DNA of 61,904 nt, the filler included, from Hausera hauseri (lineage: Eukaryota), in NCBI GenBank assembly GCA_046269625.1. It is 12 parts of 12 records of this genome, joined end to end, with 100 filler letters (N's around TTAATTAATTAA, not from the genome) between each part and the next. Parts side by side here need not be neighbours in the genome. Positions count along the whole stretch, not along the records: positions 46,181 to 52,291 come from JBJURY010139094.1; positions 52,392 to 57,497 come from JBJURY010333938.1; positions 57,598 to 61,904 come from JBJURY010645108.1; 9 more parts are not named here. The stretch is one strand, 5' to 3'. This document shows, in pieces, positions 48,555 through 61,100 of the stretch. Every line of letters starts with the position of its first letter. Positions within the stretch are counted from its first letter, which is position 1. The position numbers were made by a program, and so were the translations under genes. The notes beneath the pieces are model-generated. The model worked only from the letters and a program-made list of their open reading frames with translations. It was not told the DNA's origin and made no database searches.

Positions 48555-51500
48555 ATGTCGAATTGCCATGGAACAGTAGCAGAAGAAAGACACATCGAAG
48601 ATTGGAAAGTGTATGCGCTAATCGACACAGGATCAGAAAAATCGTTTATAAAATATGAATCGATACCAACCACATTGAGAGACCAACTATGTCCACCCGC
48701 ATCATCGGACCCAGGCTGCATAGGAGCATTTGGACAGGTATTGAAGCCGAAATTTAAGTGGACGCGTACAGTTTATATGATGGGCAAAGCACTTCCACAT
48801 GAATTTGCGGTAATGGACCAATTAACAGATAATGTAGTACTGAATTGTGACGTATTAAAACAGATACCAAGCATGGCAATTGATGTGCATAATGGAAAAC
48901 TACTCGAGCTCGGAACAATTAAGGAAACAAAAACAATAAAGGAAAGGAAATCGAGCGAAGCGTGGATTCCGGTAGATGAAGACATTCCATTCAGAACCGA
49001 AATGATAATCTTTACAGAGATTCGTTAAGTCGAGGATCTGCCAGTATATTTTGAACCTCAAGAGAACGTCGATCCAAATTTCATGTTTAGCAATATACTA
49101 TGCAGAGTAGCAACGGGAGGATTTACGGTTAGATTAGTGTACAACGCACCAACTCCCGTGAGACTGCACGCTAATACTACTTTATATCACATTTGTAGAG
49201 TATCGGCAGTAAAAATAGAGGAAAAACCATACAAGTGCGCTGAATTTCAATCTCACATCGAAACCAAATTTCCTCCTGAAGCGTATTGCAAGTTCTACGA
49301 ATTACTGTGTAAATACCGTTCAATAATCGTACAAAATGAGGAAGACATAGGTAGAGCGAAAGCCCTGAGATTAATAATCCCATTAAGAAAGAAACCCCGC
49401 TCGAATGACGAAATCGATCTAGAAGAAGAGAAAATGCCCAAATGGTATCCACCTCTCCATTCATTGAGATCAGAAATAACTAAGGAGGTAGAGCGAATGC
49501 TAAAGGCCGATATAATTCAACCAAGCGACCTATCATGGTACTCACCTATACTTATGGTTAAAAAGAAAGGAACTACAAAACATCGATTTTGTATAGACTA
49601 TTTGGCATTAAACACGCTTATGATGAAAGAATCGTTTCCCCTACCATCGGTAAAGGAAGCATCGGACAGACTATCAGGAGCAAAATGGTTTACCACTCTC
49701 TACTTACAATCAGGATACTGGCAAGTGGAAATCGAAGAAGAAGATCGATATAAGATAGTGTTTAAAACGTACGATGGTGTATACGAATTTAATGTTTATA
49801 TTAATGTTAATATTTAGACGATGTAATGATATCACCAGAAACAGAGGAAGAACCTTTAAAGATATAGAAGACACACTCATGCGACTGGAACAAACAGGGT
49901 TGAAACTAAATCCGAAGAAATGCAAATGGACACAAAACGCAGTATCGTACCTTGGACACGTAGATGGAGAAGGAGGATCAAAACCGGATAAATCCCTGCT
50001 AAATAAAATATCCGATCATATGGAACCGCAGAATTAAAAAGAGTTAAGACACTGGTTAGGCCTACATGGGTATTATGCCACTTACATACCAGACAGTTCG
50101 AAAATTAGCGCACAATTATATCGTCTTCTCAAAAAGGGGACTAATTGGAGATGGACTGAAGTTGAACAAAAGGCGTTCGACGAAATGAAGAAGATTTTGA
50201 CAAGCGAACCAGTTCTAAGATATCCTGATTTTAATCTACCATTCATCACTAAAACAGATGCATGTAAAGAAGGTATATGATATGAATTAGCTCAAAAACG
50301 AGAAGATGAAGTATTGGAACACCCAATCGCCTATGGAGGACGCTCGTTAAAGAAAGCGGGAAAGAATTATTCGGTTACCAAATTAGAAACGTTAGCCGTA
50401 AAGGAAGCACAACGACACTTTTATGTCTATGTCTACGGACAGAAGATTATAATAGTGACCGACCACAAAGCAGTTACGACATTAAAGGGACGAGTTAATA
50501 ACCCAACGTGTAGACTAAACCGTTGGATCGAGGAAATCTCACGATATAACATTGAATTCCAATATAAACCAGGTAGTAAACATGTCGACACCGACGCACT
50601 GTCAAGTTAAGGACAAAAACAAGTGGAATCACCACAGCGAGCAAAACGCAACTTGAACAGTTAATTGAACGTCAAAGGATCCTAACCTTGGATAAAACGG
50701 TCAGGATCAACGCACAGCAAGATAAAGATAAGGTTATTCAGCAAATTGTTGAGTTTGCACAGAATGGCAAAATGCCTAAAGGACGACAGCTTAAAAAGCA
50801 TGTAAAAAAACACGGACATAAATATTGCGCATGGAACCAAGATAATATTTTATATTACGAACGAAAAGGAAGAAGACTAATAGTTATTCCAAAAGGATTA
50901 GGAACCGAAGTATTAGTATATTTAGCTGGACATATGTCTTTGAACAAGACACTGGAAAGAATATTAAATAAATACTATTGGCCAAGCATTTATATCGATG
51001 TAAAGAATTGGGTAGGTGTTTGCGAAGTTTGCGCGACAAAGCAAAAAAAAACGAAAGGCTAAGGAGCAGAATTAAAACCCATAAATGTACCGGATAGGCC
51101 CATGCAAGCTATGTCTATGGATATGGTGGGACCTTTGCCTAAAACTCATAAAAATAATATATATATTCTAACATGCGTAGATCGGTTAACGCATTTTGTT
51201 GAACTGGTGGCACTATTAGATCAAAAGGCAGAAACTTTAGCTGACGCGGTGGTAAGGAAAATCATCTGCAGATACGGACTACCAGAACAAATCTTAACGG
51301 ATAGAGGAAGAAATTTCACAAGCGAATTATTGGAAAAAATTACTAAAATATTCGAAATCGAACGTTAACCACTACCACATACCATTTCAAATGTAATGGA
51401 ATGGTCGAGCAAATGAACGCAACAGTCATTCGAATACTATCAACAGTAGTGGCAAAAGACCAAAAGGATTGGGACTAATTCCTAGAAAGGACGCAGTTCG

Positions 51501-51945
51501 CAATCAATACGACCCCACATCCAACAACAGGATTTACACCGTTCTTTATGATGTATGGACAAGAGGCAATCTTACCCACAGATCTAGGTATGACACCGTA
51601 CGTAAAGAACCTCGAGGATCTAGAGCAAAACTTTGCCGAAGTCTTACAGACAAGATTGCAAAAGTATTGGGAAGTTGCAAAAACATTAGTACAGGAATAC
51701 CAGGAAAAATTTAAAAAACAATATGATAAAAAGACTAAGCCGCATGATCTGGAAAAGGGAAATTTGGTTTATATACATTTCCCGGTCGAGACGAAAGGTA
51801 CATCCTTGAAATTAATACGTACGGGAAGAGTACCATATGAAATCATTCGAACAATGCCAACCACGGTCTATATNNNNNNNNNNTCAATTCAAAGAGTAGT
51901 TAAAACAGATATAAGACCAACTAAAAACTACAATCTAAGACAGCA
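48555..51945 (+). pseudogene. pol: Gypsy pol (PR, dUTPase-like spacer, RT, RNase H, IN)
   Basis: ALIDTGSEKSFI, RFCIDY, SGYWQV, YLDDV (out of frame near 49810), KTDAC, PIAYGGRSL, TDHKA, AGH..CEVC, MDMVGPLP, LTDRGRNF, NGMVE, YNLR. Confidence 0.95.
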
Positions 51946-52291
51946 AGGAACAAAGACCTCATCAATTGTTACAAGACTGGTATCTTTTGCACAGATAATA
52001 GTAGCCTTATCATTGATTGCCATCCTAACGCACAAGTCTAACGCCCAATGGTGGGTCGACGAAACTTCATTGATCGACATATATGGAATCAGGAAAATCG
52101 GATTAAAACCTTCACAACCGAAGAAAGAAACCTTTGAACAGAAGTCACAACAGACAGACGAAAAATTCTTACGAGCAATAAAATTAGATTATTTTTCGCA
52201 AGAAGCCCCATGTGTCGGGTTTAGAATACCAGGACCATATGAGGAGCAAATCCATATATTATTTCACGACCTGATAAGTCAAGCCGAGTCC
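51946..52291 (+). CDS. In-frame post-integrase extension starting with a signal-peptide-like segment (truncated)
   Basis: After YNLR: ...RLVSFAQIIVALSLIAILTHKSNA|QWW..., open to the contig end. Confidence 0.55.
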
Positions 52292-52391
52292 NNNNNNNNN
52301 NNNNNNNNNNNNNNNNNNNNNNNNNNNNNNNNNNNTTAATTAATTAANNNNNNNNNNNNNNNNNNNNNNNNNNNNNNNNNNNNNNNNNNNN

Positions 52392-52704
52392 ACTTAAACC
52401 CAAACTGAGAACTGGACTAAGTCAAATGTACATTTACGTGAACGTCAACGAACCGATTTTGGTCGGTGAAGTACGTGTACCGTTACCCCGTGCAATTTAT
52501 CCGGAAAGCAACAAGTATACTGCTGGCGACAATGTCACTGTCAAGCTCGATAATCCAATGTACCTACCTGTAGCATCTACACCTATAAACAATGTTCAAG
52601 TGAATATCCGATGTGACGCGGACTACGCTACTGAATTTCTGTACGGTATCACAACCAGTCTAACTCTTCACTACCGTAAAATCCAACGACAACAATGTGA
52701 TTGA
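52392..52704 (+). CDS. Polinton/adintovirus minor capsid (penton) C-terminal part
   Basis: MYIYVN..EPILVGEVRVPL.R, PMYLPV, I..VQVNIR, F..G...LTLHYRK. Confidence 0.8.
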
Positions 52705-52729
52705 TTCTGAAATCGTTTCCATTTACAGT

Positions 52730-52974
52730 AAACCCAGCAGAGCGGGGAACTGCCGTATTTCGTTGGTAAACAGTATGGCTCTGGATGGTTGTGTACATTG
52801 CCACGTTTAGCATTTCCGGTGTTGAAGCGTATCGGTGCCATGGCAGCAAAAACAGCACAGGACGTACTACATGAAAACAAATCGATTTTACCATAACTGA
52901 AGAAACACGCCTTATACGAAATAAAAAGCGCTGCACCAGAAGTTGTTGAATCAGTCAAAAACGCACAGTACTAG
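52730..52974 (+). pseudogene. Polinton/adintovirus small core-like protein (pX/pVII-like)
   Basis: Frame not in the ORF track: GELPYFVGKQYGSGWLCTLPRLAFPVLKRIGAMAAKTAQDVL, with one internal TAA. Confidence 0.65.
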
Positions 52975-53480
52975 TGTTTTATACCATACCCAAATGTTTG
53001 ACAACGTTTTACAAAGATGCACTATTTGGCGACATGCGATTGTCGAAATTTGTGTTCGTTACATTTCAAACGACTGTTCAACAAATAAGTAATTATACTA
53101 CTGATTTGGAAACGCTTATCCATAGCAATGTGAATTACATCAGTTTGGGTAGGAATGCGGATTTCATTCAGAGGTACAAACAAGACTTTAAGTCTAATAA
53201 TTATGTTTGCACATATATGCAATCTATCGTGCACAACATGGGTTTGCTCAATAAGAACATCAAAAATGGCATATCGGTGGATTTGTACAAGTCCACCGAC
53301 CCATTCTTCACATTTGTCCTGGCACCATATTACGACGCTGAACAGATTCAACTACCTCAGCAGGGAAACCTACGACTGGCGGTTCGCTTTGTTAAAGCGT
53401 TGGAACAGTCACCGTCATGTACATTTACGGTGTATTTGATGCCTAGGTTAAAATAACAAAAAAACGGAACCGCCATTGTA
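52974..53480 (+). pseudogene. Polinton double jelly-roll major capsid protein, C-terminal third only
   Basis: LFG...SKFVFVTF, NGISVDLY, FTFVLAP, QQGNLRLAVRFVKAL; N-terminal part absent. Confidence 0.75.
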
Positions 53481-53559
53481 TAAATAAATCTAATACATCA
53501 CTCTACAACTACTACTACTACTCAATAACATGAAGTAATTGATTATGGATATTGTTATG

Positions 53560-53860
53560 CTTTAATCCTGCGTTTTAAATTTATCTCCACCGAGCTCAGT
53601 CGATACGGAAAACTGCTGATGGGAGCAAAATTTCGCGGCATGTTTCTTGGGGATTGTTTGTCGCGTGACTTACGACAAACCGGCGGCTTCATTGTCAATA
53701 CACACATGTCATCGTTACCTGGCGAACATTGGATTGCTGTGTACGTCAATCCTACGACTAACGTCGTAAAGGTATTCGATCCGCTCGGATTTTACTATCC
53801 GTCATCGTTAGTTTCTCAAATTGAACGGCAGTCATCATATCGTGTTGAATACAATAGCAA
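53560..53860 (+). pseudogene. Adenain-like maturation cysteine protease, 3'-truncated
   Basis: FRGMF..D, FIVNTH.SSLPGEHWIAVY, FDPLG, VEYN; the catalytic Cys segment (Q..S..CG) is missing. Confidence 0.82.
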
Positions 53861-53899
53861 GAAAAGACGAGTGAATCAAAATGGCAGAAAACAATTGAA

Positions 53900-54654
53900 T
53901 AGAAGTCATAACGTTTATTCGCATTAAAATCGTCATCTGCTGACGAGTGAGACTCTTCCGTGGAGGAAAGGGACGTTACCAGCCTGAGAAGTCGGAGAGG
54001 GAGGATTGGTTGGTCGTCCGTGCCGGAGCTGTACGCCCTGACCTGCCTTGAGCCGGAGATTCTCTGCTCCGGAATCAACTGGCTCTCAGAGGGAACCAGT
54101 GATTCGAACATCTGGTCTGCAGCCGCCATCAGCCTTATAAAGACTGGTAGAAAAGCAGAGGAGTCAAATAACCGTCAGCTGTTTCCGTCGGCATGGAACC
54201 TTCGAAGATTCCCAGTTGGGAGGCGGTACTGATCGTTTTCAGGAAGTCTGCTGAGGTGCCGCACAAAACGGCTCTGCTCCAGCAACTCGTGCACCGTCTG
54301 GTAGTCAGAGTAGGAGCGGTACGGCGCTCGACCGTTGTGCATGTGGCGTCGTTTCCTAGGAGCGTCAATAACCTCCCGTCTCGATCTCGAGTCTCTTCGC
54401 TCAGCGTGGTGAGTATCGCCGCGCACCAGCGGTTCCTTGTACGGTCTCTCGCGGGATGGCGGAACGTCGACTCAAGTGCTGACTGTGCGAGGTATCTTCG
54501 GGATTCGATACCCCTGAGTTGTGGCTTTAGATGCTCCGGCGCCAGGATCATCGCGTAGGGGATTGTCGATGGCCTTACCCATTTCCGTAAGACTCGTTGA
54601 GTTATCCACATGTGCGGGTTGCGCCACTTCTGGACCTGTGCGCCTCGAGGCCAT
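53900..54654 (-). pseudogene. GC-rich orphan reading frame (R/S/P-rich) with in-frame stops
   Basis: ORFs 54472-54654, 54175-54426 and 53758-54129 share one frame. Confidence 0.4.
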
Positions 54655-56366
54655 TTCGGTAGCTTCGTCTAAATCGACGAGAATGTGGGATTGTCAGGTT
54701 ATTGTGGCATGACGCGGCGCGATCTTCCTTCGGATTATCGGTTGACCCGATTTCGTTGCCTGCGAATTGATTCTTTGATTCCTGGTGGCGTAGTTTGGCC
54801 CAACGTTTTCGTGGCTTCTGTCATCTTGAACATACTTTTCAATAATACTGTCTTTTCTTGAACTGTGGATTCAAACAAGTGGATCTAAATTTACAGATTT
54901 CAATTATTAATTTTTATTATTATCACAAGTGCTGATCACTTCAGCACTCGTAATCCCGGTTTTTAATTTTCCTATTTCATAATTTTGTGCAGCCGGATTC
55001 TTGTTTGTTTGGGATGAATCCGTGATATATTTTATTTTGTCCAAGTCTGTGATGTTAAGTTGTGATTTTAAATTTTAAGAACTTTTTAGCATTGAGAATT
55101 TAAATTTTATTTGAGATTTTGAATTTTAGTATTGAGAAATTATTAACTGATTTTGTTTGACTTAAATAAAGTTTTATAAGTTTCAATATGTTTTTCGGTG
55201 AGGTGAAACCTCACACGGTGGTATTTCGTCGCCGAGTATTTTGTGTTTTGTATCGCCCGCAACGAGACTGGAACAACTCTCCAGCAGTTGTTTTGTGGGT
55301 TTGATCATTAGGAACGCAATACCCTTGGAACGATTTTTGAATTTTGCTTTGTGATATTTGAATTCAGGGTCTTTCCAATTGTTTGGTTAGGAATAAATAG
55401 TAGTGGGAAAGGAAATAGAACTCTCGCTGGACCGCCAAAGAGCTGGTGAGAAAGTACAACAAGAATTGTTCAGACAATCGTCGGTATTTAGCATTTTATT
55501 AGGTGGTTGATCGAATGATAAATTTTTATTATCACAATCGGATTCCCGAGAACGTTTGTGAGATTTATGAAAAACTAAATTTTCTTTCGGTTTGTCTGGA
55601 TAATTTGTTTGCATATCCATATGTAAAATAAGCGGTTCTGCTGCATCGAGCGGAGGCTGATTTGGGCTCAAAGAAGACAGTTACGGTTGCGTTGTGAACT
55701 GGGCGGTATTTGGTATACAACACTGAGAAATTTGCTAAAGCTGATGATTTGATTGGGGTGATTTCGATGGCTGAGATGGAAGTTGGTAAAAAAAAACTTG
55801 TTGACTTGGTTGATTATTGTCACTGCAAAGTTGAGAGACCGTCCATTTACTTAACCTTAACGCCGTAAGAATATCCCGGTTAAGTGTCGGATCTCTTATG
55901 CGTTAAAGAAAATCTTGGGCTTTGATATATGCATTATCAGAATCGAAAATTTCCGAAATACCACTTAGTGTTTTTAGGAAATTGACAGGAAGTAGAGAAA
56001 AAAATGATAGAGCCTTCTCCATTGAACTCATGTAAAAGCTGGCTGACCATCTGGAATGTATTAATATCCATGGTAGTGCACTGCCGTGGTGGAGTAAAAA
56101 CGGCCTGCATGACAGATGAGGATTGGTTCCAGAAACGACGGTTCCTGGTATCCCACTTCTGATACCAATGTGAAAATCTGTCATTTTGTCTCGATTATGC
56201 CTGAATAATCTGAACACTTTGATTGCGATCCAGCAACACTAAAACTACAAATAGAATTCTATTTCACTTAAAATTTTACAATAGAAGTGAATAGGACTAT
56301 TTAAACAACACCTTTTAAAAAAGGTACATATATAGATTTATATATTGTTATTTTTTTAGTAGGGCA

Positions 56367-57497
56367 ATGTGGGCACCACATATCCCTTCAGCCAAACACT
56401 CTTCCCTTCAGTGCACAGAATACTTTATTGATCATGAAAAGTCCAGCAAAACATGGCTTAACTTCCACAAACTTTGGCTACAGTCTAACAGTATTACCGA
56501 TCCCTCAGTCAAAGCTCATAGCTTACTTTGCCTCTTACCCAACACAGTAAAGACTTCTCTTCACGATATTTTAGACATCTTTCAACAATCCGACCCGTAC
56601 ACCCTTCTCTATAATGAAGTTTTAAAACTCACGGAACCGTCTATGAATTCCATAATCCATGGATTCGTCAATGATAACGCTATGGGTACACAAAAACCAT
56701 CCGATTTTCTCAGATCCTCTCTCACTCAACTGCAAACACTCGGTGTTACAAAACAAAATAATTACGATCTCTTATGACGTTACTTTCTAAACGCATTACC
56801 GATTCAAATCATGGCCCTGCTTACCGTCGTCGAGGAATCGACGGCGCTAGATAAGTTAGCCGAGCTTGCAGACGAAAAGTACGAGATTTTATATTTAAAC
56901 ACACAGCCTATCGTTTCTGCGGCGCTTACAGTAAACGACAACACATTAGAATATCAAATTCAACGGTTGCGAGCCGAAAACGCGGCCCTACATAATATAA
57001 TAAACAATATCAGTTATAGATTAAATGAAATCTCTATGGCTCAACAAAGGAGTTCCGCCTCCGATCGCGCACGCGCTGTACCCAGAGGTCGGTCACATTC
57101 TCCTGCGCGATCGTTGATCTGTTTTTACCATGACAGGTTCACCCATAAAGCGCAAAAATGTCATCTCGGGTGCCGCTTTTACACCCAAAAGTACTACATT
57201 GACAACGCTATTTGCAACTACCACGCAAAATTTAAGAATGAAGCACATAAGTGTCTTCCTGGTTGTACCTTTAGAAACGGCACACAGCATACGAACGTCG
57301 GACGTACTATCTCGTCTTCTAACAGCCGACTAAGTTCACCACTGCCAAAAACTAATGCCGCTGCCAGAGCTTACGGCGAGTCCTGGCGAAGGCCATTCGC
57401 CAGTTTCTACCAGCCGAAAACTATCTTTCGCCGTATTTACATTAAAAGCAATAAATACGTTACCAACATCTCGCCACATAGAATTCCTTATCGATTC
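56367..57497 (+). mobile_element. gag: CsRn1-like Gypsy copy D (gag and start of protease)
   Basis: ITDPSVKAH..DPY..MGTQKPSDFLR capsid; LAELADE; CFYHDRF..AQKCHLGC and CNYHAKF..AHKCLPGC; frameshift site at 57346-57387; FLID at the contig end. Confidence 0.9.
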
Positions 57498-57597
57498 NNN
57501 NNNNNNNNNNNNNNNNNNNNNNNNNNNNNNNNNNNNNNNNNTTAATTAATTAANNNNNNNNNNNNNNNNNNNNNNNNNNNNNNNNNNNNNNNNNNNN

Positions 57598-58095
57598 TTC
57601 CATATCATTCGAACGCTCATACTCTACTCTACACTTTCTCTTATCCATTACTGCTCAAATTTTGTTTCTGGAAAAAGTTCATATTTCTCTTTTACATTTT
57701 CCAGCTTTGTCTTTTGCGACACCGAAAAACCGACCGCACCGTTGAACTCGCCGTTGTAGATTTGACCAGAAACCGTTCTTATACCAGAGGTAACATTAAT
57801 AGCTCCATTGAAATTCAACACTTTTCATTTCGCCAACTTTTCCTCTCTTTAACCGACTTTCCCACTTTTCCAAAACACGGAAACCCCATGTTTCTCACAT
57901 CATTCGTAAGTCCATACTCTACTCTACACTTTCTCTTATCCATCGCTGCACAAATTTTGCCTCTGGGAAAGTTCGTGTTTTTCTCTTGCATTTCCCGGCT
58001 TTGTCTTTTGCGACACGCAAAAACCGACCGCCCCATTCAACTCGCCGTTGTCGAATTGACCAATGAGCACTCGAGCGTTATGTGATTGGTCAATT
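57598..58095. repeat. Two diverged ~293-bp-period direct repeats ending in an ATTGACCAAT...ATTGGTCAAT inverted repeat
   Basis: CATACTCTACTCTACACTTTCTCTTATCCAT and CTTTGTCTTTTGCGACAC each occur twice. Confidence 0.85.
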
Positions 58096-58149
58096 GGTGT
58101 GTGGGTGGACCCCCTTGCTGCTGCATACTCATCTTTTTTCCCCTAATTC

Positions 58150-61100
58150 CATACCCACATATATGGGCCTGTTGAATTGCAAGGATGTTCTCAGTATATG
58201 GATGCTGACAAAGTTCTCGACATAGTTGGTGCTGATGTGGAAGTTAGGCTTGGCAATGGGCTTCTTTGCTCGCTTCCACTCACATACCAGTTCGATGTTG
58301 ATCATGTTGGGGATATTCTACATGGTCTAACCAAAAGCGCTGTTGTTGTACAGCTTGAACTGGTCCTTCTCAAAGTCGTTCTTGGCATTGGTCCGCAGCT
58401 TCGTATTAAGATCTATGTAGGACTGCAGCCAGTTGGACTGGCTGAACTGCAGGGCCCTATGGATCTTAGTAATGCGCAGTCCATTCCTGACAGCTTGCTG
58501 GGGATTTATATAGTGGTCTACACACCTCTACCAACTATTCAGATGGCAGGGCAGATTTCTATACTTTCCATGGAACGGAGGCTTGCTGTCAGGGAGCAAA
58601 GGCAGGTGTTGATGCCTTGTGTGGATAGAAGCAAAATATTCCATATCCATCTCTAGTATATATCCCATAACTCCACTGGGATCCAGGTCAGTATAGGGAT
58701 GTTTTCAGGATGCTCGACCCACTTGAAGCCACCATATGGCAATGGGGTGCTCATTGCCCATCCATTCAAGCTGTTGGCATCCAGGTATGATATATATGAG
58801 GGTTCCTTGGATGGATCATACTGGGCCATATACTTGTTGGCCTCGCTACATGGTGATTGGCCTGGCATATTCTACCTCTAATGTCTCTCTCGATCATAAG
58901 GATCATGTCGTAATCCTTTATAATCTGCAGCCTGACACTTGTATATCTCAGCATAGCTGCCCAACTCATCCCGGAGACATAAAATAATGAGCTGGATCCA
59001 GTGTATGGCAGTTTATCGTAACATCTCTGAAACTCTCAAAGACATCCGTCAGCAGCAGCACGTCAGTCTTGAGGTACATGTTGCTGTATTCCCATAATGT
59101 TCGGCATTGGAATGCCTCCTAGACGTTATGAGCATGCTGGTAGGCCATATCATTGATATCACAATCAGAGAGGATAATGTAAAAGTCCTTCTTGGCCGGC
59201 AATGAGGTTTCATTCAGTGTTTCCCATGGGGTTATATAGTCATAAGGAAACACGCCTTTCCTCTTGACGAGGTCAAATGCAGCGGGAAAAAATCGCTTCG
59301 TCTCCTTGAGTTCTTCAGCAGGGATGTTTTTCACTAAGTTGTCAAGTGAAGATGACATGAATCGGAAGCTGTATACGAAGCGAAGTAGGACTTTGCCGAC
59401 ATGTTTGGTAAAGGTGACGTATTTTTCTTCACTATTTGGAATGCCATCAATGTTCCCTCAATGTTTCCCATTTCCCGAACAATCAAGTGGGAATCATATC
59501 CACTGAGGTTGTGGAACACTACAGGCACATATGTACATGTTTTGCAATGCAGATTGAAGTTGTTGCATACTGCACCTCGATATGTGCCTGTAAAATGGCA
59601 ATGATCCCTGACCTTATAATTATCCTTAGTGAAGGACTTGTTGCACAAGTAACATTATGTTGCCTTGCGCCATTCTGCTTCCTGCATCTTCGACATGCTC
59701 ATGTTATCCTTATGCTGCTGCAACATATCTCCAATCGTATGAACCACGTCTTCAAGTCGTTTCATGAAATGAGCTGCTGCGTCTGGACCCCTGAATAGAT
59801 ATGTTTCATTGTCCAGTCCTTTGGCATACATGCAATATGATGAAAGTTCATGATATTGATATGCCGTGGTGCTGCTATGTTGTGCATTAGGACTGCAACT
59901 CTGTACTGGGCGCAGAATAGCCTTAAAGTAGCAATAGATGACTGTTGGGAACTTGATTTTCTTCTCGAACTCCTTGAATTCGATGTAGTCCTCCTTTGGA
60001 AATTATGGCCTGATGCGATAATTGTTGTTGCAGTACATCTTGTGTCTTCAAGCTTCAAAACGGCTACATCGCCGCTACAATGAGACAAGTATATTTCTAT
60101 TTGTCCAAAATGTTTCGTAATTTGCAATCTTACTAGATGCTCAGTCTTTGATCCAAAGATAATGTATCTTTTCTCCATCGTCAAGTAGGAGCAGATCCCT
60201 ATATCTTCCAATTCAGCATCGCATGTCTGCAGGAGATAGAGTTTGTCCTTATCATCGAATCCAAATGTGTTGATGGACATGTTGACTTTTCCAACTTTTT
60301 TCACTTCATCTATGGATGGAGGGAACTTAATACATTGGAAGTCGTAGTTGTGCTAAATGTTCTGATATAGTGAAACACGGTAAGCATGATTTTGATCCGT
60401 CACTAGTTTTGATAGAATGGCATGCATAAAACATTGTCGCTATTATGGATATTGATGCATCCACTTTTATTAACGATCCATACAGGGAGCTGAATATATG
60501 AACTGCCCCGCATGGGGGAGTACTTGTACACATACACAAGCAATCTCTTGGTGACTGCCAGTGTCCATCCGCTCGTATCTTGGCTCGCCCCGGCTTCATG
60601 AATCAGCTTCGCGTGCGCATCATGCAGCCATTCTACTATATTGGTGTTTTCCAATATGGACCTATTTTTTGCCTTGAAGGCCGTATTGGATTTGTCGCCA
60701 TCAACATTGATGCATGTGGCCTCCAGTTTCCTGTTCACCTTAATGGCTTTGAGTTCTGTCATGCCCTGAAGAATTCCCTCTGTCTCTTCCTTTGTGTATA
60801 AGAGGATCTCTTGGAGTATTGTTTGACCAGTTGCATCAATAACATATCTGCAGACTTTTCTCTTTAATGCTGCCGCATCTACTGGCCGCTCTCTTTGGCC
60901 TTCTGGTGTAGCATCTGCTGCTGCTGCTGTGCGTTTTAGTCCTGCATCGGACTTTGCTGACGCAGCGGGCTGTACTGCTACATATGGCTGTGTTGCCAAA
61001 GTAGGTTGTGCTACAACGACTGGCTGTGCTGCTGAAGCAGGCTTATGCTGCTCATTAAAGATGAACTTCTTTGACTTTGACTTAAAGTCTGACAAATGGG

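Larger units (their letters stand above)
46181..52291 (+). mobile_element. Ty3/Gypsy-type retroelement with glycoprotein gene upstream of pol, copy 2 (both ends cut by contig ends)
   Basis: Collinear with copy 1: glycoprotein > tail > PR > RT > RH > IN > extra ORF. Confidence 0.92.

Noticed and set aside
48950-49210. Functional dUTPase between PR and RT
   Set aside because: Only fold-like remnants (IP..TE, V...N.....L..NT.LG) are present; catalytic motifs are absent, and such spacers are common in Gypsy pol.
51884-53860. Apparent retroelement-Polinton hybrid (integrase next to capsid genes)
   Set aside because: The two parts are on different contigs separated by a linker at 52292-52391.
55290-56217. 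RRM/LINE ORF1-like gene (NRSKGIAFL resembles RNP1)
   Set aside because: A single short motif amid heavily broken frames is not enough to call.
58177-58656. 159-aa plus-strand ORF and many similar 60-140 aa ORFs opposite pol/polB
   Set aside because: Antisense shadows of the recognised coding strands.
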